The notes beneath the pieces are model-generated. The model searched no databases. It was not told the origin of the DNA and was given only the letters and a program-made list of their open reading frames with translations. A program made the translations under genes and the position numbers. From Moniliella sp. 'wahieum' (Eukaryota): a stretch of 64,000 bases of DNA. Position 1 is the stretch's first letter; every line of letters starts with the position of its first letter. The stretch is taken from positions 558,001 through 622,000 of the forward strand of contig RSEE01000021.1 in the NCBI GenBank assembly GCA_003971905.1, written 5' to 3'. Shown piece after piece: positions 15,305 through 27,269 of this stretch.

Positions 15305-16319
15305 GGCCTCTCTTGCCCTTGCTTATACACGAGGAAAGCGATGTTCAGCACTAGGCTAGTTCCCTGTGTCGAGATGTCGCCTTACCTCTGGATTTGATGG
15401 AGTGCTATGCTGCCTGCTGTCGGTCTGTCATGGCTCCAGCCAAAACGTTCTGCTACATAACGATTCCCTCGTTTTGCACATCCGTCTTGCTCCACCCACC
15501 TTCCTCCCATCCCGACTTGTGTTTGTTTTGACCTTCTTCCTTCCCCTTCATCCTTCACGTTTCTACTGCCTCTCTACTGGGATGACGTGATCGTTCCTTG
15601 GTGCTCCCTTGTCCATTTTTTACGTGGCCTCGGGGGTGCTTGTGCGCTTGCATAACCCCGCACGCCTGCATTCTCTCCTCACGTGGTTTCTCCTGTCGCG
15701 CACACTGGTATATGTCGTCACGGCCACATATACCCCCCGCACCGTTTTGGCTTGGTGCGACGCGCGCGACGCCTTTCATATGGCTGGTGCCCAACCGACC
15801 CAGCCTCTGCTGTCGCCATCACCGTTCCTTTGGGCGTTGAAGCCTGCTGGAAGTGATGGCCCTGTATTTGTACCACGTCCTCTACCGAGAAGAATGAACA
15901 GGCGGACTGAACAAAGCACTGTGGGTGGCATAATTCTCGTAGGATCGTATAAGAAAGATGTGGACATGGCTGTGCCGTCTCTTCGCAGATAATCAATTGA
16001 CCGACCCCACCGAAAGCCTGTGACTGCATGACTGGTGGCGATGGCCTGGGCGACGGCAAAGACAATAACCACCGAGCTCAGCTCGAGCGCCTTGAGCGGA
16101 GTGCCACGCCCCCCCCCGCCCCCCTGCTGTGCTGTTGTTGACTTCAACTTCGTTCCTGGCTATTCCGTCCATGGTCTCATCTCTCTACTCTCCGCACCGC
16201 CCCTGATGACGCGATGACGCACCTGGGGCGGCTATGTAAGAGGAGATTGCTTAGTGGACTGTGTGGCAGGACTAGTATACTGGAGAGCTTTGTGAGTGGA
16301 TTCATATAGTGGCTTGTGC

Positions 16320-16390
16320 ATGTGACTACTATAGTGACTAGTGACTAGTATAGTGAAGCTAGTGAAGCTTGAAGCTAGTGATAGTGAACC
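16320..16390. repeat. Heptamer palindrome array (ACTAGT-G, AAGCTT-G)
   Basis: ACTAGT at 16337 and 16344, AAGCTT at 16365. Intergenic, upstream of the URG1-like gene. Confidence 0.7.
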
Positions 16391-17313
16391 TGGAAACCGA
16401 GGGATTCCCCAAGGATCAGTGGTGCAGATCATGCGACCATGATCGACTGCAAGAGCTAAATATGCCGCGGAAGAGATAAGAAGATCGTTGTGGAGCCTGT
16501 CGAGGAGGGCGTCATTTAATCAACGTCAGATGGGCGTAGAAGTTGGGCGCAGCAGCCATCAATAATACAGCCAAGTTCCCACAGGAGCCCCACTCACAGA
16601 GGAGTGCGTCTGGAGTTACTAGTTACTAATTCATTGCGTAACAGTGGACCGTGTCCCATCAGGCGTATCTGGGCTAAGACGCTAAGGCCGGCAAGGCCAC
16701 GGCGGTTGCCGCTTATCGAGAGCAGTAACTAGTAATGCATTTCAAACCCACACCGATGGGGATCGATTGAGATCGATTGATGTGATCGCGCCGACATCAA
16801 TGAGGCGCGCCTACAAAGCGATTGGTGCGTTCGAGGCAGCAGCTGATAGCACCACTGGCGGCCTTCGCGGACGGATCCGCACCCGATCATCCGCTTTCCC
16901 ACCCCGCCCCAACCGACGAGGATAGGGGATGGTCGATGGCGACCCTCGCCGCCCCTCTGCACTGCGCTCTCCAAGAGACCCCGGCTGGAGCCATGCTCGA
17001 CCGCGACAGGCACCGTGCTTCCCGGGAGCAGCAGGCACGGGCCAGTCGTGCGTTATCTATGTCCCGACCTGCCACGGCGCCCCAGCGCCCGACGCCAGGC
17101 GGCGGGGGTGCGGGGAGCAGCGCACAAGGCCAGTGTTGCTGCCACCGTGCGCACCACACTGGGCTGGGGCACCAGATCGCTTCGAGCGGTCGGATCGATA
17201 TGGGCGCCGGGAAGAGCTGGTATTTAAACTGGGGGCGGGGCCGGCTGCGGTCGTACTTCTTTCCCCTTCCTTCCTTGCCTGCGTGCCCCCACCCAGGTGC
17301 TCCCCCCACCGCC

Positions 17314-19069
17314 ATGCTCTCTGCCCAAGCTGCCCAGATGCAAGACCCACCGACAAGTGAAGCGGCCCTGCTGCCACTCATCTACAACGAACTCCAAGAG
17401 CTCAAGCGCAAGAACGCCCAGCTCGAGGCCAAACTCGACTCGCTCACCGTACCCTCCGGCGCCAGCTCCCCGGCGTCCTCCCGATCGGGAGCCCCTCGTC
17501 TTCTCTCCGCCGCCAATCGGCTGGCGGACTGACTCCGGTCGATTTGTCCAAGCCCATCAAGGTGCCTGGTGGGCCCACTGCTGCGCTTTCCTCTTCGGTT
17601 TCCGCCATCTCGTCCCCCACTACCTCGAAGCTGGTCCCCAAGGATGGTACTGGCTTGCATGTCAGCCAGAAGACACTCGATCGGATCCAGGAAGTTGAGG
17701 ACTTCTACTACGCCAACCATCGTGTCATCCTCACCACCTACCCTAACCAAGTACGTCGGTCCCCCTTGCCTTCATCTCCACACCTTCTGGTTTACTAAAT
17801 GCTCACCTCTTTCCTCCCATTCAGATGGGAATCGATCCTTACCCGCTGAACTTTGGTCATCCAGACCCCAAGGTGCGTGGGCCGATTGTCGCCAGCCGGC
17901 ACCCCAACAGTATCAAGCGCCGCAACGCGATTGGTGCACACTCTGGTTCGTACATGGTGTATAAGGCGCTGGCAGTCGCAACAGGTCAGCTGGCAGTGAA
18001 CCACATGCCCGACTTTACAAACACAGAACCAGCCTTCGACATTATCCCCCAACCTGCCTGGGGCGACCCTTACAAGATCTGCACCCTTGACCCCTTTGGT
18101 CACATTCCCCAGGTATTGTTCAAAGAGCAAATTGCGGCTGGTCTTGATGTGCGCCCCACTATGGCGGCTACTAAAGCATTTATCAAGATGCGTGAACTGG
18201 ACGATGCGGTGGAACTGGGCCGCCTGGCGGTCGATGGCGAATTTGTCATCAAGTCGGAACGCTTGCCTGGCATGGATCCAAGTCAAGACCCGGGGGTTGA
18301 AGTAGCGTCGTCCAAGATTGCTGTAGAACCTGTCTGGTTCCTTCCCGGTATTGCCCAGCGTCTGGGTATTTCGGAGGGTCTTCTTCGTCGGGCGCTGTTT
18401 GAAGAGACCGGGGGTATGTACCCCGAGCTCATGACCCGGAACGACCTCCAGGTGTTCCTGCCACCCATTACGGGAGCTACCGTTTACATATTTGGCAACC
18501 CCGACTACCTTTCGGACCCCACCAAAGAGTTGACGGCCCGTGTGCACGATGAATGCAACTCGTCCGACGTTCACGGGTCTTCCATCTGCACTTGCCGTCC
18601 CTACATGATTTATGGGATTGAAGAGGCGATTCGCTGCGCCCAGCGGGGCGGGGTGGGACTTCTGGTCTATCTCCGTAAGGAGGGTCGCGCTCTGGGAGAG
18701 ACGATCAAGTTTATGGTGTACAATGCTCGCAAGCGTGGCAAAGACACGGCCGACGCCTACTTTATGCGCACCGAGCGGGTTGCTGGCCTGGAGGACTCGC
18801 GCTTTCAACCGCTCATGTCAGACATTCTTGTCTGGCTCGGCATTCAGAAGATTGACAACATGATTTCCATGTCCGACATGAAGGCCGGCGCCATTCGTGC
18901 TGCTGGGATTGAGATTATCAACCGCTATGAGATTCCGGACAACCTTTTGCCCCCGGATGCCCAGGTTGAGATTTCGGCCAAGATCCATGCCGGCTACTAT
19001 TCATCCAAAAGTGAGCGACAAGGATTTGGCGGAAGTTGTGGTCAGAACTGGGAGAACATTCACCAGTAA
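17314..19069 (+). CDS. URG1: Uracil-regulated GTP cyclohydrolase II-like protein (Urg1/Urc1 family)
   Basis: RVILTTYP, RGPIVASRH, RNAIGAHSGSY, EPVWFLPG, RVHDECNSSDVHGSSICTCRPY (three Zn-binding Cys), RKEGRALGE, AKIHAGY. Intron 17751-17824. Confidence 0.9.
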
Positions 19070-19600
19070 CAGTTTAACGGGGGCTCTTTTTTCTGTTCTG
19101 CTGAGAATGCGAAACAACTCCTCGTGCAGTCGTTCCATCGACTTGTACATTCGACCCACCATTTTCGTACCCAAATACCAGCGTGACTGATACATACACA
19201 ATCCAAAACATTGACATCCCACCTTTGGTCTACCATAGGCTCTCATACAGAGGTGTAACACGTAACTAGAGCGACGGGCCCGCCCTCCCCGTTCAATCAA
19301 AACAAGTGCCAACATGTAATTCTGGTTCCAGGATCAAAGCTTGTATCGCACGGAAAGGGGTCAGGTCAATCGGTCACGGGGTCACATGTAAGACGGCAAA
19401 ACCGCAAGGGAGGCTATATCATGCAAGCCCCCATCCGGCACGGAGTAGGCCGCTGGCTGTGACCGTAGTAGCAGGGACATGGTGGGTACCAGCCAAGGCG
19501 ATGTGCACTAAAGGATCTTCTCCCATGGCAGGCCGAGGACCAAAAAGTCTGCTTGAAGGGCCCCATCCATCCGCCGATGCCAGAGCTAGAGGGTTCTCGC

Positions 19601-20805
19601 CTACCCTGGGTCGAGAACAGCCTCAACGTCACGCGAATACGTCTTGATGATCCTCCGCCGCCGGCGGGATAGATTGTTCTGTGCGGCGAGGATGGCTGCA
19701 AAACCCAGCATTAGCACTCGCTCGCCGGTGAGGCTCTAAAGTTGTGTGTAAGTGGTCGGAGGACGTAATAGACGTACTGGACTGGGCTTCGGTAAGGGTG
19801 TGAAGCAGCGTAGTCATCTCCCTTCTAGGGCCCTCCATGGAGGCGCTCAACTTGTTTGTGACTTGCCTCTGGTCCTAGTGAGAGAAGCATGTGACATGAT
19901 GCATGATGTAAGAAGTGTCCAAAGGTAAGATGAGAATGGGGACAAGAAAATACTCACCACCTTTTCACGACAGGTCACCTCGTGTTCCACCGACGACAGG
20001 AGAAATAGAAGATTCTTGTTGGATGGCTGGTAGGGAGAACCCGCATCTTGAGCCACCGGACGGAAACTTTTTGGAGGTAGTTCCGAAGTAGGCCCTCGAT
20101 CTTGGTGCCGTCAGCTTGGACTGCGTGCACCGCCTGCCTTCCTGCTGAGTCAAGGGAGGTCATAATTCCCTTCCATCGCTTCTCAGCATTGGAAATGGTG
20201 TGTTCGATGCTCGTTTGCGATGTACATCTGATTGAATGGATAACGAAAATGGCGTTAGCGAGGGGAACACCTTGCTTCAGGGAGCCAAAATGTCCCTCAT
20301 ATATAATGGAGACATGCGGATAAAATGCAGCCATTCTTCATGCACTTCCTTGCCGGAGAAAAAGGGGGGGAGGGTTGACGCACTCAAAAGATCTTGGACA
20401 TTCTCTCTACATCTTCATCGTCGTCACTTGGTGTGATAGCATGAAGCGGGGTGTCAGACATCCATCGGAATAGAAGCATGTAAACTTGACCAAAAGACGC
20501 GCACACACACCCATGCCTGAATGCAGGCGGAACCAAGCCAGAAGATGGATAGACCAACGTACCCTGTAGGAGCACACGAGGTTTCTTTGGGTTGCCTCGA
20601 GCATATGCTTTCTTTTTCTCCTGATGATCTTGCTCATAGGACGATAAAGGGCTGGGATGCTCGTTGTCGCCAGTGTCTGCCGAGACGTAGACGTCATCGT
20701 CGTCGGTGGACGGAATGCTGGGAGAATGATGCTTGCGCTTCCCTGGGGCGAGTGGGCATTGGGGGGTGTTTCTCTTGGCAGTACTCAGATTGGGACGCGG
20801 GCCAT
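19601..20805 (-). CDS. Five-exon orphan gene: disordered basic/acidic N-terminus, predicted helical/coiled-coil C-terminus
   Basis: Minus-strand introns about 20562-20427 (GTACGT), 20383-20228 (GTGCGT..GCTAAC..CAG), 19957-19875 (GTGAGT..TAG) and 19777-19696 (GTACGT..GCTAAT..CAG). The last three exons splice in frame to ...EVTCREKV|DQRQVTNK...EAQS|TILAAQNNLSRRRRRIIKTYSRDVEAVLDPG*. Confidence 0.65.
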
Positions 20806-21371
20806 CGTGGTGTGAGGACGGTCAAAACGCCTCGATGGTCCAGGTTGAGGTGGAGAAAGAGAAGAGAAGAGAGGAGAGGCACTTGCAGGAGTGCTATAAT
20901 ACCCTTGAGGCTGGTCTGCAATGTACAGCCGTCTCAATGTTCATGCCCCCACATAATAAAGCTAGCATCGGACCTGGCGGATGCTGGTGGGCTTTAATAC
21001 TTTTTTAGCAGCTTCAATGCGTACAGCCTCAGGTCGACAACCGCGGTAACCCGGAGGCGGGAAGACGACGTCGATCGCGTGGCGCCTTCCAGCTTCCATT
21101 GGAGGAGATAGCCAAACCAGCTTCGCATACAAATTACTTCCTGTCATTGTTGTCACCATCATTTTAGTCTTGCCTAGCTAACCGCACAACGATGTTGTCC
21201 CTCTGGCCGGGCTATTGGATTAGATGTGGTGGTAACATTGCAGGCCAGATCAATCGAGCGGCTCTGGGCTCAGCATAGGCGCTCAGGTTGAGCAGCCTCA
21301 GGCCCAAAATCCCATCCAGGCGTTATCGTCATGGTCGCCACGTTCGAGCTTTTTAACGTAAGATGTCCTGC

Positions 21372-22844
21372 TTAGAGCATGAACGACAGAGGGTTCTCGA
21401 GCGTGTCCTTGAACGCCTTCATCCAGCGCGCTGCCGTAGCACCGTCAATCACACGGTGGTCCGACGAGGGTGGCCTGCATCACGTTCACCTTCTTCCACC
21501 CCTTTTCGGACGAGGCATCGGGGACGATCGGGTGTCGTGCCGCCAATGGCCAGAATAGCGCTCTGAGGCGGGTTGATGGCGGTAAAGTGGCTGATGCCAA
21601 CATGCCCATGTTTGAAATGGTGAAGGTGCCACCTTGGTACTCAGCCGGAGCAAGCTTGCCCGCACGAGCCTTGTAGGCCAACTCCTTGGTGCGAGCCGAA
21701 ATAGAGGCCAACCCCTTGGCACCCACGTTGTGTACAATGGGCGTAATCAGACCGGTAGGGGTAGCAACAGCGATGGAAATGTCAGCCACATTGTGTTGAC
21801 GAATAATGTCGCCGTACCAGGCCGAGTTGACTTCCGGCACCTGCTGAAGTGCAACCGAGGCAGCCTTAGTGATAAGTCGCCCACCGACAGCTTCGAAGCC
21901 TTGATTGCACATTGTCCCACGAGCTTCACAGCCGAGGCAGCGTTAAAGAGCTCGCGAAGTTGCAGTACACGTCCATCTCCACGTCGATCGAGACTTAGTG
22001 CGGCAGTTGCTGCTTGCTCTCCGTCAGGCGAGCGGGCAATGGTGCGGCGCATGTTGGTGACAGGAATGTCGGTAAAGGCAGCCTCCTGTCCCGGGGCAGC
22101 AGGAGGTGGAGGGGGAGTGCTCTTCGCTGGGGTCGGGGTGGGGGCAGCGGGAGCGGAAGCCTGGGCGGAAAACAGCAGGGGCCTTGTATCCCTCGACGTC
22201 AGCCTTGACAATGCGGCCATTGGGGCCAGTACCCTTGATTTGGCCAGGGGGATGCCCTTCTCTTGGGCAATTTTACGGGCCAGAGGCGAGGCAAATACGC
22301 GTCCCCCGACGGCACATTAGAAGTGGAAGGGGGAGGGTGCGGATTTGCTCTCGGGCTCAGCAGATTGGCTGCCTCGGGCGAGGCTCAGCCGGCTTGGGCT
22401 CCTCGGGCGGCGGGGGCTGCTTCGGCGGCCTCAGCTGCAAAGGCGTCGACGCCGCTCAGATCATCACCCTCCTCTGCGGTAATTGCAATAACACTGTGAC
22501 CTGGACGTCCTTGGCGCCATCTCCAACCTAGACGAAATACAAAGATTAGGCGTGCACATTGCAGCGGGGTAAAGAACGTACGATGATCTTGGCCATTACA
22601 CCATCGTCAGCAGCCTCGACATCCATGGTAGCCTTGTCGGTTTCGATCTCGAGCAACACATCACCAGAGGCAAACTTATCGCCAGGCTTGACGTGCCACT
22701 TGGCAATGCCACCTTCGGTCATGGTGGGCGACATGGCGGGGAAGGCGAACTTTTGGAGGGCCAGAGAGCGGGACGAAGTGGCCAGGCCGGACAAGGCCGG
22801 GGGGCGGTACACGCGGCGAGTCGAAGGGCAGCAGCAGACAGCAT
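21372..22844 (-). CDS. LAT1: Pyruvate dehydrogenase E2 (dihydrolipoamide acetyltransferase), mitochondrial
   Basis: Lipoyl domain [18 protein letters not shown], catalytic domain [11 protein letters not shown] and [12 protein letters not shown]-terminal LENPLSFML*. Intron 22581-22528. Confidence 0.95.
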
Positions 22845-23284
22845 GGCAAACAAACGCAAGGGGGCCGACGGCGTGAAGGCGCTGCAGACGAGATGGGGCA
22901 ACGAAGACGAGCTGGCGGTGGCCGGAAGAAAGAAAAAAACTAGATCAAGTTCGACTGTATCATCTCTGGGGGAGGGTGCGCTAGGGGGCCATAGGGGCGC
23001 AGTCGCCCCCTAACTGGAATTACGTCATCAGTTGGATCCGCCACTGATGTGCCAGACATTCTCGCCCGCAGAGCACAGCGCCTGTGTGGAGTTACTCAAA
23101 GTTCCTGTACCTCAAATTTGGCATCCCAACTAGGCGGCCAGGCGGTGAGGGGTGAGCGCGCAGCGCTCCGGCTGAGCCCAGAGGGCCAGCACAGCAGCAG
23201 CCTTGTGCACGGTTGTTTCAGTTGTTTCCACCTGTTTGCGGCTTCCAACAGGCAGAGACATGTGAGTGGGAGTACATGTGAGTG

Positions 23285-23460
23285 ATTTCAACCTTCAAGC
23301 TTCAAGCTGTACTAGTCACTAGCTCCACGCGTCCAGCGCTCCACGAGTCAACAGTCTTCAAGCTTCAAGTTGAAGCCTCAAATGAACCTTCCGGTCACTG
23401 TAAGTGGCGGGTGCCTAGGATTGATTACACGTTACGCGTTACGCGTTACGCGTTACACGA
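23285..23460. repeat. Heptamer arrays (CTTCAAG)n and (TTACRCG)5
   Basis: TTACACG-TTACGCG x3-TTACACG at 23425-23459. CTTCAAG pairs near 23293 and 23356. Lies in the divergent LAT1/Pol X intergenic region. Confidence 0.85.
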
Positions 23461-24748
23461 GATACTTTGCTATGATCGCCTTCTGGGATCTGATATTTTT
23501 TAGGCGACCTTCGTCCGAGGAGTGAGGGCTGGGCAGTCCTATAGGAGAGCCGCCTGAGTCCGGGGTTGAGCATGTAGTGAAGCTTGGTGGTGGACCAACA
23601 CAAGCAAGCGCGATCCTATACTGAACAGGAGCGCATCAGCCTTTTTAATGCAAGGATGCAGGCTTGAACGGGAGCAGGCTCTCATGCTGGCTGATGGGCC
23701 TGATGCTGCCACCCACATTCAGACGACCCACATTGCAGTCGCAAGCAGACAAGGACCTGTGGCTCTTCTTTTCTGTCATGCGCTTTCAAAATCGCGGATG
23801 TAGCGCGAGAGTAGATACTAGAAATGCGTCATGTGAATGCATCTCTCTGTGTTCTCCTTCTCTGTGGTATGTAGTACTTCCTCGTGGTAATCCGCGTGCG
23901 CTCTTCCTCCGACAGTCGAAGCAGCTCGTTCTCCAAGAGTTAATTCCGAAAGCGTTTTGCGGCTGCCCCGTGTATACCACCTTCCGGCACACAATGTATG
24001 CAATTGAACTTCCGAAGAAGCGATGCTTAACCTGTGTTCCGAGCAAAAAGAAGCAAAGTACCAAAAACAGGCCAAGGACGGGGAAATATAGCTAACTTGG
24101 TGTAATATAAGCCCCTGGGCCCGTTTGCATTTCGATCAAAATCGATGATTGTCGATGTGATGATCACTAAATGCATTAACGCCACCGGGGACTACCGAGG
24201 ACTCAGTCAGCTGCTGCTCATTCGCTCGAATTGTTCCGCAGCCATTTGCATTCGTATTTAAAGACCCCCTCTTAATATGCTCCCAGTCTCTTCTCATCCA
24301 CTCCTGCCACCACACTGTTCCAACCCGCACAACTGCTCCTTGCACGTGAGGCGCAGCCTCTCAGATCTCACTAGTCACTTCTCAGCAGTTCTCATTTTCG
24401 GTTGATTGTGCTGAGGTGAACGTTGAGGGTCGCTTTGTTGGCTTTTGAGAAGAGCTGATCTTTAACCCGCAACTGGATCAACAAAAGCCTGTTGTCGTAA
24501 TCGGGATCGATTACGATTATCGAAGACGGCATCCATCGCCATATACTCTCCTCAGCGCCTCAGCAACCCACTAGTCACTAATCGCAAGGGTGACACCCGC
24601 CACACAAATATGCACCGATTCCCCGTGCGCTCCGCCACTTTGCGTTACCCCGTCACTTTTATCTCCTTGCTTGCTCAGCCGATGCTGCTGCCGGCGGTCC
24701 GCACCCAGCCCCCCGCTGTCCGTTTCCCAGGTCTCTGCCCCATCTGCG

Positions 24749-26841
24749 ATGTCTTCTCACACCACGTCTCCCTCTAGTGCCGACCCCCCCCGCCGCACTC
24801 GCACCCCACGCGACTATGTAGTCTCGTCTCACCCCAAGAGCGAAACGGTGCTCAACCCACAGAGACTCCAATCTTCCCGTTCTGCGTTTCTAGGTTCACG
24901 CGTCTTATCCCCCAGCACTCGTACGTGTCCCACTTTTGTTTAGTTCTTTAATACTCAATCTGACCTCATGCACAACACAACGACCAGGGATTTTTGTTCT
25001 TCCCATTGATCAGTCAGAGGAGGACACGTATGAGATGTGGACTCTCGTCGATGAGCTCGGTGGCATATCCTCAACTTACCCAGATTCCAATATTGTCGTG
25101 TCTGGAAGTTGGGCGCCCAAGCGGGTGGAGCGCGAAATTGGACGGCTTAACCTGAAGTATCGAGACAAGGCTCTGGCCTTGATCTCCGACCGGTCCAAGG
25201 CGGCTGAAGCGTCCGGCAAGTCAGAGCAAGAGGCATTGGCTCAGACAACAAAGGAACGGGAAAAGTATACAGAGCGGTGGAAAAAGGAAATGAAGTCGAA
25301 AATCATTGTCCATTTTGACTGGCTCCGAACGTGTGCCAAGCAGGGGGGTACTGGCTGACTTTGAGCCCTTCCGGATTTACCCACCCGGTCAAGAACCTGA
25401 CAAAGGTAAACAGCCCTCCACGTCTACCCCGCCGAACCGTTCGTCCTCTGAACACCCTGGTACGGAACGTGCATCGGCAAGTGACTCGGATTGTGACTAT
25501 CCCCGACGAGGAATCGTCCCCCAAAACCGCTAAAATAAGGGCAAGACTGTGGCTAGGAAACGGTCAATCAGTCTGAGGGTACATCTCCGAGGCCCAAACG
25601 TAGTTCCCGGGTCACACTCACACAAGACGGCCACTACGCCCCCTCTGTGGATGTCGACGAAGAGTTGCTCAAGTGGCTCGAAATGCCGGGGTGGCTCTGC
25701 CTGCCTATGTACCCGGTATGAGCATCAGCCTGACCCCCCCCCGGGTTGGAAGAACTCAGAGTACGCATGTGAGCGTCCGACACCCTTAAGTCGGCATACA
25801 ACCAACAGATTGTCGATGCCTTGGCTTGATTGAACAGCAACGGGAGTTGTCGGCGATACTCGATCCGCCCTCTCCCACAGCAAGGCCTTGAGCATGATCA
25901 AGTCGTACCCGGGCGACCTTATGGCTCACCCCGAGGAAGCCGCGCACCTCAAGGGGGTAGGGGCCAAAATATCGGCGCAGGTAGCCCAGGTGGCCAAGCT
26001 GGGCTATTTGCCAGAGGCCGAGCTAGTTAGCCAAGATCCGGCCTTCGCAGCGCTGAAGGCGAGACTGAGGTGTACCGTATTGGGCCTGTGACGGCACGAA
26101 AGTTATGGGCCGAAGGGTTCCGCACCGTTGATGACCTGATCACCGCAGGGGTATGGAGCCCCGTGGGCAAGGGCAAGTACGCGATCAGCGTGGATGAAGC
26201 ACTTGCCATCCTCCCTGACTTGCGCTCCCGCATCAGCCGGGCCGAGATGGAATACATTGCAGAGGTTCTTGGTGGTGTGATGGACGACATCTATCCCGCC
26301 GAAAGGGTTATTGTGGGGAGTTATCGTCGCGGCAAGCCTTCCTCGGGAGACGTTGACATCATCTTTACTTCTCGCCCGGGGGCCGAAGCGGGGGACGTGC
26401 TGGAATGGCGACACATCCAGCAGCTGCTCAGTGCGCTCAAGGACAAGGGCTACCTCAAACACTACATCTCTGTCTCGGGCAATGAGCAGGATCCCTACCT
26501 GGAGCATATGGCCGTGGCAGAGCTGGTGATCAAGCTCCCGCCTGGGCGTGCGCCTGGAGCAGACAGACACAAAGACGCAACGTTTGCGTCTCATTTCCGC
26601 CGGGTGGACCTTATGTTCTGTCGGCGCGAAGTGTATGGGGCGATGCTGGTGGGCTGGACGGGGTCCAAGTTGTTTGAGCGCGACCTGCGCAGACGGGCGA
26701 AACAACTGGGTACAAGTTCCACTCGGATGGCCTGGTGACGCGCGCGGGGGAGCAGCTGATTCCAACGCCGACCGAGGCGGATGTGTTCCGGCTGCTCAGC
26801 TGCCCAACATGCCGCCGGTGTGGCGCAACTGCGATGCGTGA
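24749..26841 (+). CDS. Family X DNA polymerase (Pol mu/Pol4-like) with an N-terminal BRCT-like region
   Basis: IVHFDWL (BRCT-like end), YACERPTPL, HhH motifs GVGAKI and IGPVTARK, GSYRRGKPSSGDVDIIF, RRVDL, GWTGSKLFERDLR. Intron about 24921-24987. Confidence 0.92.
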
Positions 26842-26849
26842 GATGAACT

Positions 26850-26890
26850 GGGCGATGGGCGATGGACAATGGACGATGGACGATGGACGG
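26850..26890. repeat. 7-bp tandem repeat (GGRCRAT)5
   Basis: gggcgat gggcgat ggacaat ggacgat ggacgat, just after the Pol X stop codon. Confidence 0.85.
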
Positions 26891-27269
26891 CTAGCGCTGG
26901 TTGATGGCCGATGACAAGTTGATCCATCGGATGGATAGCCGTTGTCGGGACACCGGAGCTACGCACGCCCCGCGCAGGCCAGGGGCGGCTGGGCGTCGTT
27001 GTCGTTGCATTGAAATTAGATTAGACTGAAATCGACGCCAGTGTGCGGAAAGCTGCGGAATTAGATCGACGTTCCTTCGCATGCCCGCCCGTGCGGCGGC
27101 ACTGGGCAGCGGTGGGCAGTTTGAGCGCCAGAATCTCAGGGCAGCAGCGCCTCTCCCGGCTTAGCTTGAATGTTCAGTGTCAGCGCTCCAGCTCAGCCCT
27201 AGTGAAGACGCTCTCCCCCCCACCACCATCGTACTCCCTCCCCGTCTCCTCCGTCTCTTCTCCAAAACC

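Noticed and set aside
24150..24415. Box C-like GTGATGA in the LAT1/Pol X intergenic region
   Set aside because: No suitably spaced box D, terminal stem or guide sequence.
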